In this document: piece after piece, positions 9,543-16,905 of the stretch
How the letters are laid out: every line of letters begins with the position of its first letter
Numbering within the stretch: the first letter of the stretch is position 1
Assembly: GCA_039738615.1 (NCBI GenBank)
Contig: JBCLLP010000003.1
Location: 1-46,366, forward strand
From: Candidatus Saccharimonadia bacterium
Lineage (GTDB): Bacteria > Patescibacteriota > Saccharimonadia > CAILAD01 > BJGX01
Reading direction: 5' to 3'
Length of the DNA stretch: 46,366 bases
Position numbers and translations under genes: made by a program
Notes under the pieces: model-generated
The model's database searches: none
What the model saw: the letters and a program-made list of their open reading frames with translations, nothing else
Told to the model about the DNA's origin: nothing

Positions 9543-11324
9543 TTACGATATATCGTACTTCTTAAGCTTGGCCTTACCGGCCGCGGTTTGACTAACAGAT
9601 TGTAACTCCAGGAGCTCAGAATATATACCATCACTATTGGCGAGCTCGGCTGGTGTACCAACTTCAATTACCCTACCCCCCCGCAACCCCACAACACAAT
9701 CAACCCCCGCGATGGTAGCCAAGCGATGGGCAATTATTAGAGTAGTGCGGTTTTTCATAAGTCTTGCTAGGGCCTGCTGGACTTCACGCTCAGCCTTGCT
9801 ATCAAGGCTACTAGTGGCCTCGTCAAGAATTAGTATGGAAGGATCCTTAACTATGGCTCGGGCTATCGAGATGCGCTGTTTTTGACCTCCACTAAGCTTA
9901 ACCCCTCGCTCACCTATTTGGGTGTCAAACCCCTGGGGCAGCTTCTGAATAAACCCATAAGCATTAGCAGCCTTGGCTGCAGACACCACATCCGCTAGGC
10001 TAGCGTCGGCTTTAGAATAGGCGATATTCTCTTTTACCGTACCAGAAAACAGCATAGACTCCTGGAACACAACGCCCACAGATTCTCTCAGGCTCTGTTG
10101 AGTAACGTCACTGATGTCTTGGCCATCTATAGTTATTTGGCCAGCACCTACTTCGTAGAACCTCAGCAATAAATTAGCTAGGGTACTCTTACCCTCACCA
10201 GACTCACCCACCAGCGCCAGCTTACTGCCAGGCTCAATTGTGAAGCTAATGTCATGGAGTACTTTACTACCCTTGTCATAGGAAAAATCAACCGATCCAT
10301 ATTCTACCTTACCACGGCTTATTTTAAGTGGTTTGGCAGCATCAACATCATTTATCTCGGCTTTAGTGTTCATGACAGAGAAATAATCCTTACTCCCAGC
10401 TGATGCTCGCTGCAAAGCATCAATAATAAAGCTACTACCAAACAGTGGGAATTCAGCCTGCAATACAAGAGTAATTAATAGTACAACAGTACCAAGCCCA
10501 TATACACCCTGGTATCCCTGCCAAATAATTACCAAATATATTCCCATAAATACGAGATTTAATACCACCCTGCGCAGAACATCATATTTATGCCACTGCC
10601 TGGACTGAGCACGAGTCTGGCGCTCTATAGACCCCCGCATGACATTAAAATAGCCCACCTCACTAGCTTCCCTAACAAAGGACTTTACTACCCTCACCTG
10701 AGCAATACTCTCTACAAACCTGCCATTGGCCTTATCTAGGTCTTTGTTAATGCCGTCCTGGGCCTTCTGCCAGGACTTGCTAGATAGATGCGTAATCCAA
10801 ATATAAGTCGGAAAAATAATTAGCAGTAGCACTGCCACGGGCCAGGAATAAAGCGCAATAACCGCCAGCATAATAGCTGTAGTTAAGAAAAACTGAATAA
10901 AATTATTGCCAAGAGTCTTCATGAGCGTGCTAATAGTGTCAATGGACCTATCTAGGCGAGCAGTTATTTTGCCAGTTAGCTCATTATCATAGTAGCTAAT
11001 GGGCAAGTCCATGAGATGCCTAAAATACCTCCTTGAGAGCAGGCTATTGAGCTTAGCAGCCATGTTATCTCCGATATACCCATTAATATTAGATAGCCAG
11101 GTAATTGTTAGATTTGCCATTAGCATCAGCCCTAATAATAACAAAAAATAACTAAACTCCACGCTACCGCCATTATTTTTGGTGGTTAGCCCGTCTATTA
11201 GGCCTTTAGTTATAAATGGTGTAGCCAAATTCAAAAAAGCTAGCACAATTACAAACAAGGACATAGCCAAATAGTATGGCCACAGCCTAGAGGAGTATTT
11301 AATGATTCGGATAATCTCACGCAT
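9543..11324 (-). CDS. ABC exporter, fused TMD-NBD (MsbA/MdlB-like)
   Basis: Multi-TM N-terminal half; Walker A GESGEGKS, LSGGQKQR signature, ILDEATSSLD, IAHRL. Confidence 0.95.
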   Translation of the reverse strand: MREIIRIIKYSSRLWPYYLAMSLFVIVLAFLNLATPFITKGLIDGLTTKNNGGSVEFSYFLLLLGLMLMANLTITWLSNINGYIGDNMAAKLNSLLSRRYFRHLMDLPISYYDNELTGKITARLDRSIDTISTLMKTLGNNFIQFFLTTAIMLAVIALYSWPVAVLLLIIFPTYIWITHLSSKSWQKAQDGINKDLDKANGRFVESIAQVRVVKSFVREASEVGYFNVMRGSIERQTRAQSRQWHKYDVLRRVVLNLVFMGIYLVIIWQGYQGVYGLGTVVLLITLVLQAEFPLFGSSFIIDALQRASAGSKDYFSVMNTKAEINDVDAAKPLKISRGKVEYGSVDFSYDKGSKVLHDISFTIEPGSKLALVGESGEGKSTLANLLLRFYEVGAGQITIDGQDISDVTQQSLRESVGVVFQESMLFSGTVKENIAYSKADASLADVVSAAKAANAYGFIQKLPQGFDTQIGERGVKLSGGQKQRISIARAIVKDPSILILDEATSSLDSKAEREVQQALARLMKNRTTLIIAHRLATIAGVDCVVGLRGGRVIEVGTPAELANSDGIYSELLELQSVSQTAAGKAKLKKYDIS

Positions 11325-11358
11325 TATAATAAATTATAGCAGTTATTCTTGCTATCTA

Positions 11359-11395
11359 ATAAAATAGGGGCCTTTCAAAAAAATTGAAAAGCCCC
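11359..11395 (-). terminator. Hairpin/terminator after the small membrane-protein gene
   Basis: GGGGC(C/T)TTTCAA…TTGAAA(A/G)GCCCC inverted repeat followed on the minus strand by TATTTTATT. Confidence 0.65.
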
Positions 11396-11427
11396 ATTAA
11401 TGCCTACCTGCCAAAAAACAGCTACGA

Positions 11428-11535
11428 CTAGTCGTCATAAGGGATGTAATGTGCTATCAGGCAAAATACTGCAATACCGACAGCAATCATACCTAAGTAT
11501 ATGAAATCTCCACATGCCAGAGCCATAAGGTACAT
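11428..11535 (-). CDS. Small single-pass membrane protein (35 aa, MYLMALACGDFIYLGMIAVGIAVFCLIAHYIPYDD)
   Basis: ATG 11535 preceded by GGAGG RBS; one hydrophobic helix; downstream hairpin. Confidence 0.6.
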   Translation of the reverse strand: MYLMALACGDFIYLGMIAVGIAVFCLIAHYIPYDD

Positions 11536-11703
11536 GCTTCCTCCAGTGTAGGGGGTTGGTGTGGTAAGATTATTACACAAAAAAGCATTTTTTTCAACTC
11601 TACCAAAGCTACCATATCTAGACAACAGATAGCTTTTATGCTATAGTCTTTGATATTACTAGGTAAGCTCTGCTCTAGAGCTTTTATTTTTAATTATAAA
11701 TAT

Positions 11704-13530
11704 ATGACTAATTCAAGCAACATTCGTAATATCGCTATCATAGCTCACGTTGATCACGGCAAGACTACCTTGATAGACGGCCTCTTAAAGCAATCTAACT
11801 CCTTTAGGGAGAATCAAGCCGAAATGAGCCAAACCACCATCCTTGATACTGGTGATCTAGAGCGAGAGCGAGGCATAACTATCTCTGCCAAACAAACTGC
11901 CATACGCTATGGCGACACCAAGATAAATATTATCGATACGCCCGGCCACGCTGACTTTTCTGGCGAGGTAGAGCGGACTCTTAATATGGCCGATGGCGTG
12001 CTGTTGATTGTAGATGCCCAGGAAGGTCCTATGCCCCAAACCAAGTTTGTGCTACAAAAAGCCCTCGCACTTGGTCTCAAGCCAGTAGTAGTAATCAACA
12101 AAATCGACAAAAAAGGCGCTCGCATCCAGGATGTTGAGAACGAAATCAGTAACTTGTTTCTAAATTTGGCTACCACCGAGGACCAGCTAGAGTTCCCTAT
12201 TTATTATGCTATTGGCCGAGACGGTGTAGCCTGGAGTGAGATACCCCAGGACATAACCCTAGCTGCTGATTTGACACCGATATTTGAAGCTATCCTTAAT
12301 CATATCCCAGCGCCAGATGCCGACATTATTGCTCCCTACCAGATGCTAGTTACCGCCCTAGACTGGGATAACTACCAAGGCAAGTATTGTATTGGTCGAG
12401 TCCGTCGAGGCACCATTAAGCCCGGACAGGCTGTTGTGGTAATAGATACCAAGGGGTTGGTCAAAAACTCCAAAGTAAATAGGGTGTTTGTTAATGAAGG
12501 CCTGAATCGCAAGGAAGTAGCCGAGGCCCATGCCGGTGATATTGTAGCTCTTACTGGAATTGATGAAGTTACTATTGGTGCTACCTTGGCCGATCCAAGT
12601 CACCCTGACGCATTACCTATGATGGAAATTGCACCTCCAACCCTACAGATTGGTATTGGCCCTAATACCTCGCCTTTTGCTGGCAGGGAAGGCACCAAAA
12701 CTACCTCAAGACAGATAGCCGCTAGGCTTCATAAAGAGCTAGAGACCAATGTCGGGCTACTAGTAGATGAGCGAGATACTCAATTTCTGGTATCTGGAAG
12801 AGGCGAATTACATCTTTCTGTGCTTATTGAAACCCTGCGTAGAGAAGGCTTTGAGCTAGAAGTAGGACGGCCCCAAGTTATTACCAAATCAGAAGATGGG
12901 CAGACCCTGGAGCCTATCGAGGAGCTTACAATTGAGGTACCCGACGAATATGTCGGTGCCATCCAGGCCGAGCTAGGCCAGCGCCGAGCAATCGTTAAAG
13001 GCCAGCGCCCCACTGCCAAGAACACTACCGAGCTTATTTATGAACTTCCAACCAGAACATTGCTAGGTCTGCGCAATGGCTTGCTCACCAGCACCAAAGG
13101 AACTGTTATTATGAACAGCCTAGCTATTGGCTACGCACCTGCCTCTCAGGCTCTTCAACAGCTCCGTAAGGGTGCGCTGATAGCATCTGAGGCAGGTACC
13201 GCTACCCCTTACAGCCTGAGTACTGTGGAGGCCCGTGGTAGTGCCTATATTGCCCCTGGCACTAAAGTCTATGCCGGTATGGTTATTGGGCTTAATGCTC
13301 GCAGTGAAGATATGGAGATAAATGTCGCCAAGGAAAAGAAGCTCACTAATGTCCGAGCCTCTGGCTCCGATGACGCCATTAAGCTTGCGCCTTTTACTGA
13401 TCTTAGCCTAGAGCAAGCCATTGATTTTATTGAGAGTGATGAGCTCTTAGAGGTTACTCCAGCTAGTATTAGAATCCGTAAAAAACACCTAACCTCACAC
13501 GAACGCAAAAAAGCCCAGAACAAGCGGTAA
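11704..13530 (+). CDS. typA: Translational GTPase TypA/BipA
   Basis: IRNIAIIAHVDHGKTT, ERGITI, DTPGHADF, GRGELHL, KKLTNVRA, DELLEVTP. Start moved to ATG 11704. Confidence 0.97.
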   Translation: MTNSSNIRNIAIIAHVDHGKTTLIDGLLKQSNSFRENQAEMSQTTILDTGDLERERGITISAKQTAIRYGDTKINIIDTPGHADFSGEVERTLNMADGVLLIVDAQEGPMPQTKFVLQKALALGLKPVVVINKIDKKGARIQDVENEISNLFLNLATTEDQLEFPIYYAIGRDGVAWSEIPQDITLAADLTPIFEAILNHIPAPDADIIAPYQMLVTALDWDNYQGKYCIGRVRRGTIKPGQAVVVIDTKGLVKNSKVNRVFVNEGLNRKEVAEAHAGDIVALTGIDEVTIGATLADPSHPDALPMMEIAPPTLQIGIGPNTSPFAGREGTKTTSRQIAARLHKELETNVGLLVDERDTQFLVSGRGELHLSVLIETLRREGFELEVGRPQVITKSEDGQTLEPIEELTIEVPDEYVGAIQAELGQRRAIVKGQRPTAKNTTELIYELPTRTLLGLRNGLLTSTKGTVIMNSLAIGYAPASQALQQLRKGALIASEAGTATPYSLSTVEARGSAYIAPGTKVYAGMVIGLNARSEDMEINVAKEKKLTNVRASGSDDAIKLAPFTDLSLEQAIDFIESDELLEVTPASIRIRKKHLTSHERKKAQNKR

Positions 13531-13655
13531 TACACCAAAACAATCAAGCTATTAATTACTTTGGCATAGACGGCTCCAATTTCAAATGCAAACCCTACCG
13601 AATAGGTAGATTTACCACTTCCGGGCAATACCATTACCACATAGGCATTAGCCAT
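13531..13655 (-). pseudogene. Probable 5' remnant of a P-loop (AAA_33/kinase-like) gene
   Basis: AGGAG RBS and TGnTATAGT upstream of ATG 13655. Translation MANAYVVMVLPGSGKSTYS resembles hhhhGLPGSGKST lacking the first Gly; the frame then runs antisense into typA. Confidence 0.45.
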
Positions 13656-13821
13656 CAAAAAAGCTCCTTATTGAATATGACTTACGGACAAATACACTAT
13701 AACACATATATATAACTTTGTACAGGTAAGAGAGGCTAAAAAGCCCTAATTCAAATACTGTCAAGCATAGCGCAATAATACCTACTAACCTGATAACTCA
13801 ACCTCCAATAGGCCAATATAC

Positions 13822-13850
13822 TTGACAAATATGCTTATGCTTGGTATAAT
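13822..13850 (+). promoter_or_regulatory. Perfect-consensus sigma70 promoter TTGACA-17-TATAAT with extended TG
   Basis: TTGACA 13822-13827, TG 13842-13843, TATAAT 13845-13850. Confidence 0.9.
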
Positions 13851-13856
13851 ATGCGC

Positions 13857-14015
13857 TGTTCAATTGAGAGACCCTAAATCAGGTCTCTTTTCAGTTGAGC
13901 ACCAAGCATAAGAGTGTACTCAATTGTGAGGTCGAACGCACTCTTAAATACAAGTACATTAAGCGGAGAAGGTTAATCAGGGACAGCCCTAGCAATAAGG
14001 CCTACCTACCAACCT
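13857..14015 (+). promoter_or_regulatory. Structured ~160-nt 5' leader of the Rpf gene (unknown cis-regulatory RNA)
   Basis: Hairpins at 13857-13901, 13909-13946 and 13979-13990, starting at the predicted TSS. Confidence 0.55.
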
Positions 14016-14594
14016 ATGCGTAATATTTATATCGCAGTTTTTACTACTTTCGTAGTTCTGCAACAGGCAATTAACCCCGTACAAATCCCTATTGCCGCGA
14101 CAGCCCTGGCTTCAAGTCAGCCTGCCAGTACAGCAAAACAAAACTACAATCTAAACCTTAACACCAATACTCTCGCTATTGAGCTAAGGGATGAGCGTCC
14201 TACCTTTGATGATGCCGTTCTTAAGCCACTACGCGTGGCCCAAGAAGCCAAAAAGGCCCAAGAAGCCAAAAAGGCCCAAGATCAAGCTGACGCTAAGGCC
14301 GCTATTATGGCCTCTAGCCTAACATCGACCCCTAGAGCACCATTGGTGATAGGTGGTGATGATGCTTGGGCTCAATTGCGCTACTGTGAGGCTGGTGGTA
14401 ACTACACCGCCAACACCGGCAACGGCTACTTTGGTGCCTACCAGTACAATCTCTCTACCTGGGGTAATTATGGCGGTTTTACCCGCCCCGACCTTGCTCC
14501 TCCTGAAGTTCAGGACGCCAAGGCTCGTGCAACCCAGGCTGCTCGTGGATGGTCTCCATGGCCATCATGTGCTCGCCGCCTAGGTCTTTTATAA
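14016..14594 (+). CDS. Secreted resuscitation-promoting factor (Rpf)-family lytic transglycosylase
   Basis: Signal-peptide-like N-terminus, Ala/Lys-rich linker, C-terminal Rpf domain W..L..CE.GGN…NTGNGY.G.YQ…TW…GW.PWP.C. Confidence 0.92.
   Translation: MRNIYIAVFTTFVVLQQAINPVQIPIAATALASSQPASTAKQNYNLNLNTNTLAIELRDERPTFDDAVLKPLRVAQEAKKAQEAKKAQDQADAKAAIMASSLTSTPRAPLVIGGDDAWAQLRYCEAGGNYTANTGNGYFGAYQYNLSTWGNYGGFTRPDLAPPEVQDAKARATQAARGWSPWPSCARRLGLL
14237..14281 (+). repeat. In-frame 18-bp tandem repeat x2.5 (AQEAKK)
   Basis: GGCCCAAGAAGCCAAAAA twice, then GGCCCAAGA; exact copies. Confidence 0.9.
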
Positions 14595-14638
14595 CCTAGC
14601 AAAAGCTAGCCCAATAAAACATAAGTAGGCTTTAAGCC

Positions 14639-14674
14639 GCAATAACCCCCGCTCATTTTAGCGGGGGTTATTGC
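14639..14674. terminator. Strong hairpin between convergent rpf and peptide genes (probable bidirectional terminator)
   Basis: Perfect 15-bp stem GCAATAACCCCCGCT/AGCGGGGGTTATTGC with a 6-nt loop; U-tracts are weak. Confidence 0.7.
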
Positions 14675-14697
14675 AATAGTTACAAAAATAGCTATCT

Positions 14698-14859
14698 ACT
14701 GGACTTACTTTAAAATCGCTCATTCCAGTGTAAATCTGGCCGAGTGAAAACTGTTTTATCTGAAGGAGAAGTATCCGTAGATACATCGAAAGAAGAAAAA
14801 CAGTTTGTAGCCGGTCAGATTTGGCCTAGGGGGCAAAAGAGCTTTAAAGTAAGTTCAGT
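14698..14859 (+). repeat. Dispersed nested-palindrome element (MITE-like), copy 1, 162 bp
   Basis: 17-bp terminal IR ACTGGACTTACTTTAAA/TTTAAAGTAAGTTCAGT, inner IRs, apical GTATC-CGTA-GATAC; near-identical to 23677-23838. Confidence 0.9.
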
Positions 14860-14864
14860 CTAGC

Positions 14865-14975
14865 TTACTGGCAAGCCTCACACTCGATAAGCTCACTAGG
14901 GTCTATGGGGCAAGTCATTAGCTTATCCCAATCGTCATTACTAATTGATCCTGAAGTTTTGGCCGTTTCTGGCAT
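14865..14975 (-). CDS. 36-aa acidic Cys peptide resembling the C-terminal redox tail of ribonucleotide reductase alpha subunit (MPETAKTSGSISNDDWDKLMTCPIDPSELIECEACQ)
   Basis: Hand translation; AGGAGG RBS 9 nt upstream of ATG; own promoter; ends C-x-I-D-x5-CEACQ-stop. Confidence 0.8.
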   Translation of the reverse strand: MPETAKTSGSISNDDWDKLMTCPIDPSELIECEACQ

Positions 14976-15018
14976 AATCCACACCCTCCTTTTGTTTATT
15001 TTATTAAAGCTTGTATCT

Positions 15019-15047
15019 ATCATACCGAAGCGTAAATGGTTTGTAAA
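15019..15047 (-). promoter_or_regulatory. Sigma70 promoter TTTACA-17-TATGAT for the 36-aa peptide gene
   Basis: -35 at 15042-15047, -10 at 15019-15024, 17-bp spacer. Confidence 0.7.
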
Positions 15048-15070
15048 TAGTGTTTGGGAAAGTTTTTATT

Positions 15071-15086
15071 GCACTATATATAGCGT
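15071..15086. promoter_or_regulatory. NrdR-box-like palindrome GCACTATATATAGCGT
   Basis: 14/16 match to the consensus acaCwAtATaTwGtgt, with all core positions conserved; nrdR is present in this window. Confidence 0.7.
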
Positions 15087-15234
15087 AATAAAATACCTTT
15101 CGTGCACTAAAATAGGTAGTATTATATGGTTACCTTCGAATATAACCCGTACAGAGCCACATATTTAGGTCCAGATATGTCTAGCTAGATTGATTTTGGT
15201 AATTATTTAGCTTAAGCGTTACAATAGTAGCAGT

Positions 15235-15930
15235 ATGGATAAACTAAAGCCACCACCACTAACATCAGCCGAGATTCTTGAGTCGTGCAATAAGCTCTAT
15301 GGTAACGAAAATAGCGAGCGAGTATGTCGTGTTATCGAGGAAATATCTCAGGGTTTAGAACTCATCAATATGTACCCCAAAAAAGTAACTTTCTTTGGCT
15401 CTGCTAGATTTGACGAGAACCACCCTGAGTACCAAAAAGCCCGCCAGCTTGCCCATCGGCTATCCAAGGAGCTAGATTATACGGTAGTTACTGGAGGTGG
15501 TGCTGGGATTATGGAAGCCGCCAATAGGGGCGCAAAGGAGGCTGGGGGCAACTCTATTGGAGCTAGTATTCAGCTTCCCCATGAGCAGGTCACCAACCCC
15601 TATACAACCCTAGTAATCCCCTTCAGGTACTTTTTTACCCGAAAGGTAGTTTTGAGTTTTGCCTCCAGGATGTATATTTACTTTCCGGGCGGATTTGGCA
15701 CCCTAGATGAATTCTATGAAATTCTAACGCTAGTTCAAACCGCCAAAATCAGCAAAGTCCCAATTGTCTGCGTGGGGGCTTACTTCTGGGAAACCCTTAA
15801 TGCTCACCTTCACCATGGCCTGATGCTACCTGCTGGGACTATCGACGATATTGATATGGGCCTATACACCATCACCGATGATGAGGATACTATTATGCAG
15901 ATAGCTCGCAAGGCTCAGTCCCGAAAATAA
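15235..15930 (+). CDS. LOG-family (TIGR00730) nucleotide phosphoribohydrolase
   Basis: FFGSAR, TGGGAGIMEAAN.GA, FRYFFTRK, PGGFGTLDE motifs. Confidence 0.93.
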   Translation: MDKLKPPPLTSAEILESCNKLYGNENSERVCRVIEEISQGLELINMYPKKVTFFGSARFDENHPEYQKARQLAHRLSKELDYTVVTGGGAGIMEAANRGAKEAGGNSIGASIQLPHEQVTNPYTTLVIPFRYFFTRKVVLSFASRMYIYFPGGFGTLDEFYEILTLVQTAKISKVPIVCVGAYFWETLNAHLHHGLMLPAGTIDDIDMGLYTITDDEDTIMQIARKAQSRK

Positions 15931-15988
15931 TTATAATCCTTAAAAAGCTATTAAAATTTGCGAGCTTAATTGCTATAATAATTACTCA

Positions 15989-16048
15989 ACTGGACTTACT
16001 TTAAAATCGCTCATTCCCAGGGCAAAAGAGCTTTAAAGTTAGTCCGGT
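15989..16048 (+). repeat. Palindromic element copy 2, internally deleted (60 bp)
   Basis: Left ~33 nt and right ~28 nt of the 162-bp element joined at an AGGG microhomology. Confidence 0.9.
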
Positions 16049-16064
16049 ATAAATAGGAGAAAAA

Positions 16065-16448
16065 ATGGAGGACAAAACACCGCTGGAGGCAATACATAGA
16101 CTTTTACCAGAAATAACTGAGTCCAAGGAAAAGCTTCGCACCATCCGCGAGCAACTTAAGGATATTATGGAACGCAGCGATGAGTACCGTAAGCTAGAAG
16201 AAGAAATTAAAGAGCTCTCCACGAAGCGCCTTGAGGCTAAAAAACTACTACTTGCCAACAGGGAGTTCCAGAAAATTAACGCTGACTTTGGTGATGAAAA
16301 GCTCAAACAAAAAGACCTCCATGAAATATTAAGTCACTACCTTGTAAGCTATTATGACGATACCCAAAAAACCGAAATAACCGACAGCTCCGGTGAAACC
16401 CGCCAGCTACTCTTGTCTGCCAAGCTAGGCAAGGCCACGGCGGGCTAA
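16065..16448 (+). CDS. Hypothetical coiled-coil protein (127 aa)
   Basis: AGGAG RBS; charged heptad-like composition; extended -10 TGCTATAAT at 15971-15979. Confidence 0.8.
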   Translation: MEDKTPLEAIHRLLPEITESKEKLRTIREQLKDIMERSDEYRKLEEEIKELSTKRLEAKKLLLANREFQKINADFGDEKLKQKDLHEILSHYLVSYYDDTQKTEITDSSGETRQLLLSAKLGKATAG

Positions 16449-16453
16449 TAGGT

Positions 16454-16482
16454 TTGACCTATGGGCTAAATTCTGCTAATAT
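16454..16482 (+). promoter_or_regulatory. rpmE promoter TTGACC-17-TAATAT (extended TG)
   Basis: Consensus spacing; -10 ends 9 nt before ATG 16492. Confidence 0.7.
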
Positions 16483-16491
16483 AGCTTGATT

Positions 16492-16854
16492 ATGAAAGCT
16501 AACTTACACCCCCCAATTAAGATTACAAAAGTTAACTGCCTCGGATGTGGCAATAGCTTTGAATCAACATCTACAGTCGATGCGATGACAGTTGATGTTT
16601 GTAGCCAATGCCACCCATTCTACACTGGTAAGCAAAAGCTGATAGATACGGCCGGTAGAGTTGATCGCTTCCGAGCGCGCAGTGCCACAGCTAAAGCTCG
16701 CCGAGATGACCTGGGCAAGAAAGCCATTAAAACGGCCCTACGTAAAAAAGCCAAAGCACTAAAGTCTGAGCCAGTTAAGTCAGGGAATAAGCCTGTACCT
16801 AAATCAAGTCCTAAATCTCAAAATCTCCCCCAAGATAAAACTTCTGACCAATAA
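16492..16854 (+). CDS. rpmE: 50S ribosomal protein L31 (Zn-binding form) with long basic C-terminal extension
   Basis: MKANLHP…CLGCG…[24 protein letters not shown]; upstream of prfA. Confidence 0.95.
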   Translation: MKANLHPPIKITKVNCLGCGNSFESTSTVDAMTVDVCSQCHPFYTGKQKLIDTAGRVDRFRARSATAKARRDDLGKKAIKTALRKKAKALKSEPVKSGNKPVPKSSPKSQNLPQDKTSDQ

Positions 16855-16869
16855 ATAATAATTTTAGCC

Positions 16870-16902
16870 AATAATACCCTATAATTAGGGTATTATTTTT
16901 TT
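16870..16902 (+). terminator. Intrinsic terminator after rpmE
   Basis: 12-bp stem AATAATACCCTA/TAGGGTATTATT followed by a T-run. Confidence 0.7.
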
Positions 16903-16905
16903 ATC

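Noticed and set aside
13857-14015. c-di-AMP riboswitch, SRP RNA or 6S RNA
   Set aside because: I could not find the ydaO consensus blocks, the SRP domain IV motif or the 6S long rod with central bubble.
14905-15168. 87-aa plus-strand ORF in the track
   Set aside because: No RBS or motif. It overlaps the better-supported minus-strand 36-aa gene, its promoter and the NrdR box.
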